Positions 1 to 14,025 of a stretch of 64,000 nucleotides of DNA are shown piece after piece. Made by a program: the position numbers and the translations under genes. Position 1 is the first letter of the stretch, and every line of letters starts with the position of its first letter. The stretch is from assembly GCF_009914755.1 (NCBI RefSeq), contig NC_060930.1; one strand, 5' to 3'. The stretch comes from the human T2T-CHM13v2.0 reference genome, Homo sapiens. The notes under the pieces were generated by a model, which worked only from the letters and a program-made list of their open reading frames with translations, was not told the DNA's origin and searched no databases.

Positions 1-247
<247 letters not shown>

Positions 248-249
248 GT

Positions 250-810
250 ACCTGGGATTTGTTTTAATCGGATATGGTAAGACATGCAGACATGGAAATG
301 ACCATCATGAAGGAAAAAGTCTTAACTGTAGTCACAGTCCTCTAGAAAGACGAGGCAGAGCATGCCATGTGGGGCCACATGGTAAACACTTAGGCATGAT
401 GAGCTGTCAGAGAGTGGGAGGGACTGAAGGTGGCAGGCTTTGCTGTGGTTTTCATGGGAAGGAATGATCCAGGCAAGGTAAGCAGGCTAAGCAGGTTTAG
501 GATTTGCTAGTTTGAATAATTTCAGCAAACCCAAGGCATAAGAGCAGACCCTAGTCATGTGTTACCAGGCCCTGGAGTGATTAGGGCAGGGTGCTAGTGG
601 CCCAGAGTGTAAGAGCCCACTAAAAGGAGGAGGTTGCAAATATGGGCTCTGGAGTGGTTGGTTTGTATATCAAAAGCACACTCAAAGACAGGTGATTTAC
701 TATCTCTAGCTATTAACTAACCCTGGAAAGGGCAATTTCTTCAGGGTCAGTAAGTCCCCGGATGTCAGAGCATCAAGAATACAGGAAATAAAATAGCATA
801 GTTAATTGTT
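250..810. mobile_element. Old ERVL-type LTR fragment (MER76/77-like)
   Basis: Resembles old LTR sequence (gctagtttgaataatttcagc); family uncertain. Confidence 0.35.
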
Positions 811-889
811 ATTTCAGCTGACACAGTTGTTTTCAAAAGTTTTTGAGTTTTAAAATGAACGTGAAACCATTAGGAAAAATATGTGTTGC

Positions 890-1106
<217 letters not shown>

Positions 1107-1164
1107 TCAAGAAAATAGAAGAGATTATTTTGTTTTGCTGAAAGTTATCTGTTAATACTTCCTC

Positions 1165-2017
<853 letters not shown>

Positions 2018-2583
2018 TGGCTACCCAATGTTTTTATAAATTCCTAGAACACATTCATCCCCACCCCATGAAGATTATTCCAAAGTCTCAAATTAGAGCA
2101 ACACACTCAAAGTCTGGTTTCTGTAGTAAATCAACACCTTCCTCTGTCCCGTCCCAGTGCAGAATACATAGTGGCCTAATCTTTGATGTATTCAAACTAA
2201 GACCCTTGTCTGATGAATATTAACAAGGTGTTGCCTTCTTTTAGGCAAAACCCACATTCCTATATTTCCTGGTGCACAAAGGAAAGCAGATTTTCACCAC
2301 AGTGCTTTCTTTTCAAACTTTCAAAAACTTCCTTGGAAATAGAGCAGTTAGTCCGATGCTTTTCTTCTTCTAAGTCAACCAAAAAATAAAACGTTTCCAA
2401 TGAAGAATGAGTTCTATGGGGAATTTAGAGGGGAAGAATCTCATGCAAAGAATCTCATGCTCTCTATAAGTAGTTTTGGTTAATAAAGTAATGAGTAGTT
2501 ATAATTTTCCAGCAATTATAAATAGAGTGGGTTATTTGGAACTCCAGAAAGAACTCTGCTCCATAGACTAACTTAATAAAACC

Positions 2584-2696
2584 TATATATATAAAAATAT
2601 ATAGATTTGTGTATAACATTATATTTATATATTTTATATTATATATAATTTATAATATAAATATATAGACTTATTTTTATATACACACACACATAT
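2584..2696. repeat. TA-rich low-complexity tract ending in (CA)n
   Basis: Directly visible. Confidence 0.85.
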
Positions 2697-2899
2697 GAGA
2701 ACACTAGGTATTGTGTAGGTAAGATCATTACAAATATGATGAGCACAGATTGGATTTGTTATTCAAAAATAGGATTTTACATGTAATTATAATGGTTGAT
2801 AAAACATTACTAGTATTCTGAAATCATGTTTTTCCCCAGTGTCAAATTTAACTCCTCATTCCCTAGTACTTGTCTCAGCTGCTTTAGGACACAGAGTCA

Positions 2900-3060
2900 A
2901 ATGATAATAATCATAAAAACAATAATAGAACCTAACACTTACTAAACACTTAAGATAGGTTAGGTAATGTTCAAAGTCTTTACGTGTATTCACTAATTTA
3001 ATCCTAATAACAATCCCAAGAGGGTGGGATGCTATTTTTACTTTTTGCTGAGTCATAGAC
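2900..3060 (-). mobile_element. MIR fragment
   Basis: Degenerate MIR core (atttaatcctaataacaatccc). Confidence 0.55.
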
Positions 3061-3225
3061 AAGTCTTAATAAACTTAATTGGGCTCAAAAAACTTGGCAA
3101 ACTTAACAGGGCTCAGTGCTCCCACGTGAAAGATCTGCTTTTTGGGAAGGAGATGAGTCAAAGGAAGCTGTAGAAGTTGAAGAGGTTTGCAGATAGGTAG
3201 GAACAGGCAGAATAATTATGACTAA

Positions 3226-3625
<400 letters not shown>

Positions 3626-4180
3626 CAATAATACTTTTTAAACACAAGCTAGAAGCTACGAAAATTTGAGTTGATACCTTGATTAAATAACAAGGTAGAG
3701 ATTCACTGTGAGATGTGTAAAAGATGACATGGCTCTTCTTGCCTCTTCCAGGTGGTTTCTTATGAGAAAATGAGTTTACATTCAGGAATAAAAAGGATTT
3801 ATTAGAAAGCATTTGGGAACTGTTAGGGATTACACTTGCAAATAAGATGCTTCTATTTAGAAATATTGAGAATTCATATTCATCTAATACCCAGGTACCT
3901 CTGGAAGTGGATTACATACAAGCATTTATATTTGCATAATAATATTTGTAGAAATAATTTCTACTCTATGCCTTGTTCTTCAGAGGAGAAGTAAATATCT
4001 GAAAGGAGAGAAAAACTAAACCCAAAGACAATAGAAAGAATTCAACTGACCTAAAATGTTTATACACTAGCCCATGCATTGTACAGTGCTGAAAATGACA
4101 TAGTAGGAACTGAAAAGGTACTACCTTTGCACACTAATGAATCACCAAAACTTGGCTATTAATAAGAGGGTGTTAAAAGA

Positions 4181-4648
4181 TCACACGTTCTCCCTTATTT
4201 GTGGGAGCTAAAATTTAAAACAATTGAACTCATAGAGATAGAGAGTAGAAAGAAGGTTACTAGGGGTTGGGAAGGGTAGTGGGGTGGGGGAGAGAGGTGG
4301 GGATGGTTAACAGATACAAAAAAAGTTGTTAGAAAGAATGAATAAGACCTATTATTTGCTAGCACAACAGAATGACTATAGTAAAAAAATCATTTAATTG
4401 CACATTTAAAAATAACAGAGTATATCAGATTGTTTGAAATAAAAAGGATTAAATGCTTAAAGGGATGGACACCCCATTTACCCTGATGTGATTATTATAC
4501 ATCGCATGCCTGTATCAAAATAACTCATATATTAATCTCTCAAATATCTCATAATATCTCAAAATAACCCACAAATATATACAGCTACTATGTACCCACA
4601 AAAATTAATAATAAAAACAAAAGAGAAATGTAAAAATAAATAAAATAA
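4181..4648 (+). mobile_element. L1MA 3' end
   Basis: ttatttgtgggagctaaaa...ctcatagagatagagagtaga, G-rich tract, tactatgtacccacaaaaatt and A-rich tail. Confidence 0.85.
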
Positions 4649-5847
4649 AGGGGTACCAAATCTGGGAAAATATATTGGCAGGAATTTCCAGGTCCCACGT
4701 GAAGGAAGAGATGGGAAAAGAGAGTCTCAAAATGACAACATGAAGTCTGAAAAAAATTTTGGACAGAGAACTAAGATTGCCCAGAGGACAGAGGAGCACG
4801 TGGCTGTGTGATCCTAATGCTCCTACACTCAGGCTGTGGCTATGAATGAGGTCATAGTACTAGAAATAATTCAGACTTTATAGTTTATCTCCACTATTTG
4901 GCTAATCCAGCTCTCCACCTCCCACGCTTACTCCCGGGAGTCCCCTAGGTACCACACATTTGCCCACGAAGAACCCCTCATATGTGCCCAGCCCCACCCT
5001 CCTCGCTGATGTCCATGGTCCACGTTGCCTCCTGGGGCTGGCATGCCATTTCTGCCACTACAGGTTCCCTCTGGATGGGGATGCAGATTTCATGACCAGG
5101 GCACTGATGTCTTTAGATAACTTTTATAGATAGCTTTTAACTATTACAGTTCAAAATACTGACTGTTCCAGGGCTGTGCCACATTATTCACAAAAATGGG
5201 AGGCTGGCAACTGGGTGATACTCTGACTTTCTGGCAACAAAGCAGATCTACCCATCTCTCAGGGTCTCTTGTAAAAACAGTTCTAATCAGCTTCTACCTG
5301 TAGCCCCTCCTGCCCCCCACCAACCCCCGACCCCGACCCTGCCAACACTCTAAGACCTAATTTTTAGGGCCACCCTCTATCTTTGAGAAGCAAATAAAGG
5401 TGTAGTTAGAAGTCCCCTCAGTTCTTTGCCATCCCTTCCTCTCCCTCTTCAAGCTGTCTCCATCAGTAGTTGAAAATCTATCCGATTCCCAGTGCAATAA
5501 TCCCATCTCCTCACCTATCACTATCTCACAGCCCAAGGACGATAACCAGGGATATCTCATTACAACACCCTTGCCACTGCACCAACAACATCCTCATCAC
5601 TACTGAGTAATTTCAGGGCTATTACAAAATAAAGTGAAAATAATGTCTAAACTTGTCTCCTGGATGTTATGCCAAGTTTGGGATCTCCGTCAAGCCAACA
5701 CCCTCTATTCATAAAAGTGTTTTCACTGGAAATGCATGGGCTGGCCTTCAGTTGTGTTTGTGGTATTTAAACTTACAGCTCCTGACCATGTCTGATGGGA
5801 CAAGGGGTGAAAACATGAGTTTAAAGAAATCAATCCACAGGCTAACC

Positions 5848-7050
5848 ATATCAGTTGGGATCCTGGCAAGAAATAGAAGGCATTTACAAACTTGGATAAT
5901 GAGAAGAGTTTAATAATGTGTAGGCAGACATCAAGAAAACCAGTAAATTTGTACAGCAATCTCAGGCTAGCAAGGGCTAGGAGCTGTTACCACCCCTTGA
6001 TCTAAAGTGTAAGAGGAGGAAGAAGTTGCTTGAACTCAAAGAGAGTAGTTTCATAGAAAGGGCTACCTGACAGAAAGAACTACTTTTGGTGGAGTGAGGT
6101 GGCCAATTCGTGGCAGGCCACCAGAGAATGAGCTTAGAGAATATATAATGCAACCTCATTCTTCTCCACCCTCTCATCCCTTACCAGTGCCTCTCATTGG
6201 CTAGGCCCAACCAAAGGACAGAATGCAAAGAAGCCACCAGCATAGCCCATACAGGCCAACTTGGTGAAGCACAGAGCAGGATGGAGCGTGGCCTGGGGAA
6301 GGAAAGTGGATCTGGAGGGATAAACTGTAATGTCCATCAGAGCCTACTTCTTCCACCATTCAGCCTTCATGCTTGAGCTTTCTCCAGTGAAAAATTCCTC
6401 TCTCCAACAGGACAGATGCACAAAATTCCATCAGCAATTCTGTTATGTGAGATATATAATATGATAAAGTTATTTAACAGCAGTGATCTGCAAAGAAGGT
6501 AGCAGAAGAAAATGAGAAAGTAATTAGCATAAAATGTAGCTGCTACAGTCCTTGTTTCAATAACTGGTCACGAGGCCCAAGTTGTTATTCATAGTTTCCT
6601 TACTCCATGTACATTCTATGTTTCTCTTACTCTTTACCAACATGTCATCTGGTTGGAGTTCTTTACATTGTGAGGTGATCCCAACCATCATTACTATAGG
6701 ATCTGAGTCGTTGGTGGTCCTGTCTATACTGGGTTGCTCCAATTTTCCATTGACCAAGACTGAAGTACTAAAAGGCTCTCCAATATATCTACTGGGTTCC
6801 GGACATAGTGTTTCTTGCCCACACTGCATAGCAGCAACCCAGTTTCCCTTTAGGAAATCAATACTGGTGATTCTAGAAAGTACAGTGACCCCTAGCTGTT
6901 AGTTCTCTGGCATGTGAAGCCCTGAATGATCAGTAAGTAATTTCAGCACCCAATCTAATGGAAACACTACTTTGTTCCCTGGTGGAAGCATTCTTCCATT
7001 GGCTAATAATAGGATCTCCAAACCCACTGAGACTAAGATTATAGAGGTGA
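5848..7050 (-). mobile_element. MLT1 LTR (~5848-6340) plus MLT internal sequence
   Basis: MLT1-like motifs (ctcattggc..cccaacc, agcacagagcaggatggag, gtggatctggaggg) followed by MaLR-internal-like sequence. Confidence 0.55.
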
Positions 7051-9578
7051 GTTGCTAAAAGAATGTATCACCATCAGACCTACACTATAAGAAATATTAG
7101 AGGAAGTACCTAGGGAAGAAGAAAAATAATACTAGATGGAAATATGGATCTACACAAAGGAATGTGGAACACCAGAAATGGCAAGTATATGCATAAATAT
7201 AAGAGTTTTTAAACATATTTAATCTCTTAAAAAGGTATTTTTAGGCCAGGCTTGGGGGTTCATACCTGTGATCCCAACACTTTGGGAGTCTAAGGCAGCC
7301 AGATCACTTGAGACCAGGAGTTTGAGACCAGCCTGGCCAACATGGCAAAACCTCATCTCTATCAAAAATACAAAAGTTAGCTTGACGTTGTGGCACATGC
7401 CTGTAATCCCAGCTACTCAGGTCGCTGAAACATGAGAATCACTTGAACCCAAAAGGCAGAGGTTGCAGTGAGCCGAGATTATACACTGCACTCTGGCCTG
7501 GACAACAGAGAAAGGCTTTGTCTCAAAAAAAGAAAAGGCATTTTTTAAGCAAAAATAATAATGTTATATGAAATGCATGACAATAATACTACAAAGGCCA
7601 GAGGCAAGAAATTAAAGTAACTGCAGTAAGGTTATTTTGCTATGGATGGAGTGATACAATATTGCTTGAATGTAGACTGTGATAATTTTAAAATGTAAAA
7701 CATAAGTCCTAAAACAACCACTAAAACACAAACACAAAATGTTATACCTATTAAGCAACAAAGGAGCTAAACTAAAATAATAAAGGAAGGCTGAAAAAAT
7801 CCAAAAGAAAACAGAAAATAGAGATAAAAGGATAAAATAGAATAATTTTTAAAACATACAATAAACCCAAAAGAAGGCAGAAAATGAGGAACAGAACAGA
7901 TTGGGACAAAAATAAAGCAATTAGAAATTTGATATGGTCCATCCATAATAATCATATTAAATATAAATGGTCTAAACACCCCATTTAAAAGGCAAAAATG
8001 TTCAGTTTGTATTGAAAAGCAAGACCACCATGTCTATCTTAACATCATGTGAAAGGAGAATTCAGAGTAAAGAATATTATTGGGGATAAAGAGGGTCATT
8101 TCATAATGATAGAGGTCAATTAATCAAGAAGATATAACATTTATGCAAATAACAACAGAATTTCAAAGTACATGATGCAAAGGTTTGATAGAATTACAAG
8201 GAGAAAAAGAAAAATCCACAATTACAATCAGAGATATCAACCACTGTCAGTAATTAACAGAAAAAGTAGACAGAAAGTCATCAAGGACAGAGAAGACTTG
8301 AACAACACTATCAGCCAACTTGGCCCAACTAGCATTTATGGAACATGCCTCTTCATAATAGCCAAATATACACTATTTTAAAGAGCACATGGAATATTTA
8401 CCAAGATGGACCATATTCTGGGTCATAAAACAAGTCACAATAAATTTAAAAGTATTCAAATCACCCAAAGTATATTTTATGGCAATGAAATTAAATTAGA
8501 AATAAATAACAAGAAGATATCTGGAAAAACCCCAAATACTTAGAAACTAAATCACACACTTTTAAATAACTAAATAACTCATGGGTCAGAGAGGAAATCA
8601 AAAGGAAAATCAGGAAGTATTTTGAACTTCTGCTTATTATAAAACAGAGTTAGCAAAATGAAAAGCAAGCTACAAAATGAATGTTGATAAGACATATATC
8701 TGATAAAGGACTGCAATCCAGAACATAAAAATAATTCCTTTAAATCAATAATAAAAGGACAAACAACCCAATTAAAAATAGGCAAGAGACTTCAATGAGG
8801 AACTAACCAAAGGAGTTATCTGTATGACTAATAAACACATGAAAAGTTGTTGTACATCATTAAGCATCAGCAAAAAGCAAGCTAAAACTAAGCAACATGC
8901 CACCAAATACCCATTAGAATGGCTAAAAGTAAAAAAGACTAACAATATGAAGTGTTAGCAGGAGATGGAGTAACTGGAACTGTTATACATTAATGATAGA
9001 TGTGTATAATGGCATGCCCATTTGAATAAATGGTCAGAAATTTTTAATAAAGTTAACATGACCTAGCAATATGTACATATCCAAAATAAATGAGTAGTCA
9101 CCATCAAAAGTCTTATACAAGAATGTTCATAGTCACTTCATTCATATAGCCCAAATCTGAAAAGAACCCAAATGTTCATGTACAGGTGAATGAATAAACA
9201 AATTCTGGATATTCTACTGAGGAAAAAAAAAAAGGCAAAACTACTGGTGCATGAAACAACATGCATAAGCCTTAGAAACATTATGTTGGGTCATTAAAGA
9301 CAGATCCAAAGGAGCCAAATTGCATAATATCGTTTATATAGAATTCAGAATAGGAAAAACTAATTTAAGTGGATGAAAGTCAGAAGAATTATTTGGTGGA
9401 GGGTGGCTTGTTAACTGGAAAGGAGCATGCATGAGGAAACTTACTGGGGTGATGAAAATATTTTATATCTTGATCTGGGAGTAGTTATATTGATGTAAAT
9501 ATATGTAAAAATTCATCAAGCTGTACATTTAAGATTAGTGCATTGTATTTTACATAAATTATGCATCAATTTTAAAAG
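7050..9578 (+). mobile_element. Old L1M (MC/MD/ME class): ORF1 end, ORF2 endonuclease region, then ORF2 end and 3' UTR
   Basis: Decayed L1 motifs (ataaatggtctaaacacccca, catattctgggtcataaaacaag, catcaagctgtacatttaaga). Confidence 0.8.
7244..7532 (+). mobile_element. Alu (S/J) inserted in L1
   Basis: Full dimer; TSD aaaaggtattttt / aaaaggcattttt. Confidence 0.9.
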
Positions 9579-9684
9579 AACTATAACATATGAACAGATT
9601 GCTGGGGCCCTCCCAGGATCTTGGAAGAGACTTGTGCAAGATGATCAATTCCAAAATCGAGTTCAAGGTAAAGTGGTAAGATTA

Positions 9685-11490
9685 AAACTAAACTAATGAA
9701 CAAATTCACCAAGGTTTTGGGATACAAGATCAATATATAAAAGTCAATTCTATCACTATACAATAACAATGAACAATTTGAAAATAAAATTAAGAAAATT
9801 TCATGTATAGTTGCATCAAAAAGAATAAAATACTTCAGAATTCATTTAACAAAAGAAGCGCAAGACTTTTATGCTGAAAACTACAAAAACATTGTTGAAA
9901 GAAATTAAAGACCTAAATAAATAGAAAAAAGACCTACATTCATGGATAAGAATAATTAATATTGCTAGGGTGGGAATGCTTCTCAAATTAATCTATGGAA
10001 TCAAGATAATCCCTATCAAAATCCCACTTGATTTCTTTGCAGAAATTGACAAGCTGATTCTAAAATTCCTCTGGAATTGCAAGGCACTGAAAATAGCCAA
10101 AAACAATCTTGAAGAAGAAAAACAAAGTTAACGGGCTCACATTTTCCAATTTCAAAACTGTAGCTTATTGCAAAGCTACAGTAATCGAGAGAGTCTTGTA
10201 CTGGCATAATAATAGATGTATAGATCAATAGAATAGAATTGAGAGTCCAGAAGCAAACCCTTAATCAGCTGATTTTAGATAGGGGTCCTAAGATCTTTTT
10301 CAGTGGACAAAGAATAGTCCCTTTAACAAATGGTGCTAGGGCAATTGGATATCCACATACAAAAAATCAAGTTGGGCCTTTTTCTCATACTGTACACAAA
10401 AATGAACTACAAATGGGCCACAGACCTAAGTGAAAGAGCTAAAAACCATAAAATTCTTAAAAGAAAATGAGAAACAAATCTTCATGACCTTGGGATAGGG
10501 AACATTAGCTTAGATATAATACCAAAAGCATAAGCAACAAGAGAAAAATAGATGAATGAGATCATCAAAATTAAAAACTTTTGTACCTCAGAAAACACCA
10601 TCAAGAAGTGAGAAAACTCACAGAATGGGAGAAAATAATTCCACATCAGTTATCTGATATGGGATGCATATCTGGAATATATTCAAAACACACACAACTC
10701 AATAATAAAAAGACAAATGACTCAATTTAAAAATAGGCAGCAAAGAATCTGAGTAGACATTTCTCCAAAGAAGATAGACAAAAATTTGACAATCACAGGA
10801 AAAATACTCAACATTATTAGTCATTAGGGAAATATGAAAATACATTAAAACCATTGAATTGTGCACTTTGAACCAATGGATTTTGTGATACCTTAATTTT
10901 ATCTCAATAAAGGTTTTGAAAAAACCCTTAGAAATAATTCCTGAAATATTTATGGATAAAGCAACATGCTGTCAGGAATCTGCCATAAAATAATCTGGAA
11001 GCAATGAGAAAAGAGTAGGTTATAAGTGAAATAAGGTGGGACATGAATTAATCATTATTCTTGAAGCTAGATGATAGATACACCATAGTTATACTATTTC
11101 CTCAATTTTCAGATATGCTTGAAATTTCCCATAATAAGAAGTTAAAAATATATACTTAGGAAATCCCAAGGTGTACACAAAAACTTCTGCATGAATGTCC
11201 GTAGCAGCATTCTTCATAATATCCAAAAAATGGAAACAACCCAAATGTCCATCAACTAATGAAGATAAATAAAATGTGGCATATGCATGTAATGAAATAT
11301 TATCTGTCCATAAAAAGGAATGAAATTCTAGTAAATCCTACCACATGGATGAACCTTGAAAGTATTATGCTAAGTGAAAGAAGTCAGACACAAAAAGCCA
11401 TATCTTGTATGATTCCATTTATATAAAGTGTCCAGAAGAGGCAAATCCATAGAGATAGAAAGCAGATTAGTGGTTGCTTAGGGATTGGTG
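9685..11490 (+). mobile_element. Old L1M ORF2 and 3' fragments (several pieces)
   Basis: Decayed ORF2 (gatacaagatcaatata, gaaattgacaagctgattctaaaatt) and L1MB/ME-type 3' motifs (catggatgaaccttgaaa..attatgctaagtgaaagaag). Confidence 0.8.
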
Positions 11491-12039
11491 GAAATGTTCA
11501 TGTGTTTACCATTCACTCATTAAATAATTGATGATTAAGACAATGAGTTCCTGAACAATGTTGAGGAACTGCACCTCCTCTGATAAATCCTGGTAGGCTT
11601 CCTGGAGGAGTTAGGGGACAAATAATAGACTCTGCTACAACACTGATGCTGGAAATCCTTAAAAAGGTGGGGACATTGTGTTGATGAACAACCCTGGGAG
11701 GCCTCTAGGAGGAGGAAGACTAGAATTGCTTGAGATTGCAGGAATCATAGGTTGGCTACAAAGGCAAGTTGATGCCAAGTCAAGGAATTTCCTAGCAAGG
11801 TTACCAACCAAGGGCAGAGCATCCTAAGAAAGTGGGCATAGGGCATGTGGAGGCAATTATAATTCCTCCTTTTGACACAAATGTGGACTAATATCATTTA
11901 TGACACAAACATCACCAACAATCAATCATGAGTCTTGGATGAACATTCCATTTGTTCTAGCACTAAGCTAGTTTGGCGAGGGAGCAGGTGGAGTCGTCAG
12001 ATACAGAGGAAAGAGCTGCCAATGACCAGAGGAAAAGTG

Positions 12040-12285
12040 AATAATCATAACTGACATTTACCAAGCACTTGGTATGTCCCAGGCACTGCACTGAGGACTA
12101 GAAATGTTTTAATTCCTTTAATCCTCACAATGACCCTATGAGGGACATATTACTACTTTTTATACATGAAGCAAATGAGCTTAAAGGGGATAAATGACTT
12201 GACCAAAGGCATGTAGCAGTGGAGCCATGATCTGCAACCAGTGTCCAACACCTGAAATTTTATTTTTAATCCCTACACTCTATGG
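12040..12285 (-). mobile_element. MIR
   Basis: tttaatcctcacaatgaccctatgagg...tgacttgaccaaagg. Confidence 0.7.
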
Positions 12286-13807
12286 TCTCAGGGCAACATC
12301 AAGAGCAGAGGTGATTAAATATAGAGATCACCTGTTCTAAAAATGCTAATTTCATATAGGAAGGGAAAGTTGAAGTGAAGGTCAACGAGGCAAAATGAGT
12401 TACGCAAAAGGTATGTGAAACATAAATGTAAGGTGGGCTTCAGTTCATTATGACCATGGTGGGAAAGGAAATTTGGAACTGAATCTGCGCTCTACATTGC
12501 AAAACAAGCATATGCTGTCAGATGAAGTAAAACCAAAGTGCAATCTACCACGAATCACTGTAATTGGCCAAATAGAGTACATTCCATACGAATAAATTAT
12601 TTATGAATCATTAGTGTGAATGAGTAGGTAATGGTGCATGCTGCTGGACCAGTCAGGAGTTAGAAAATAAAATATAATCATCATTGCTTACATTCATATC
12701 CAATTCCAACTGCGTTGAAGCTCATTAGACTAATACTATAGTTTCAAATATAACAGTGCAAGCTTTTCGGAAGATTTAGCTCTAACTTTTATGGAGCCAG
12801 AGCGAACTAGGGCAATAAAGCATTCTTTAGCATGGAACACCAAACATTTCTTGGGAGGGAAAACAGATTTCTATTGGCCACAGATTGGCAATGATTATCA
12901 GGACAAAGATTCATCAAAGGACAGGTCTGCTCAGTTTGGAAGGAACAGTATTATCGTGGTGGGCTCACTATAAACTCCCATGCTAAAATTTACCAGGGCC
13001 CAGAGCTGTTGAAGCTGCATGTGCTTAGTTGATATTGCACCCCAGGAAAAGGCTCCCAACTACTTTTGAGAGTGCCACAGACTGCTGAATTTTCTTCCAC
13101 TCGTTACCTTCCGTATCCCTAAGACCTGTCTCTCAGAGCTCAACATCAGGTGTTTTAGAAGAGGAATGGAAATAACTGTGCAAGATATAGTTCCAAGCCT
13201 TAGTAAGTGTTCAATATCCTTGCTGAAATATAACTAATATGCATGAAACAGAGAACCAGAATATCAAGAATATAATTATATAAAGTACATAATTGAGTGA
13301 TGAATGTGTTATAGGTTTTAGAAAAAGGAGAAATTAATGTGGACTACCATGATTAATGAAGATTTGACAAGAAAGACTGGACCTAGAAGGATTTAAACAA
13401 GTGAAGGCAAAAGTGCATGTACCAGGTCTTATATATTTTAGTGCTTCATGTTTTCCCATTTGAAAAATAATGGAGGTTCCACTTACTGTGTCTCACAGCT
13501 GTACATTAGCTAATGGGGGATAATGATCAAGATCCTTGAGATGAAGAGGCTGGGATGCAGAGATATCTGAAGAAGAGGACTTATCTTGTCACCCAAATAG
13601 AAAAGGCAGCAAAAGTGGGGGAATAGGCATCAAAACTCAATCAATTGCTTCCTTTAATGTAGCCTGGATTTGCCCAATGGCAAAATATCAAATGTGTACT
13701 GTATGATGTTTTTCTAGCATTTTCCTGGCCAGAACTTATATGGCTCCCCTCTCACATAATTCTTATTCTTTGGCAAACCTTGAAATCTTCAACAAGATCA
13801 AGAAATT

Positions 13808-13959
13808 AAATAGTGCTTCCTATGTGCCAGAGACTATTTCAAGAGCTTTAGAAACATATTGATATACTTAATCCTCTCTTTAAAAATTCTATATAATAAG
13901 TGCTATTATTATCATTTTACCAATTTTTACTGGTAAGGAAACTGAAGAAAAAGAAGCAG
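13808..13959 (-). mobile_element. MIR, left piece (continues at 25750)
   Basis: ctatgtgccagagact...aaggaaactgaag stops at the TG start of an LTR. Confidence 0.65.
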
Positions 13960-14025
13960 TGATATGGACTGAATGTTTCTGTCCCCCTGTCCTGCCCCCA
14001 ATGTATATGCTGAAGCCCTAATCTC

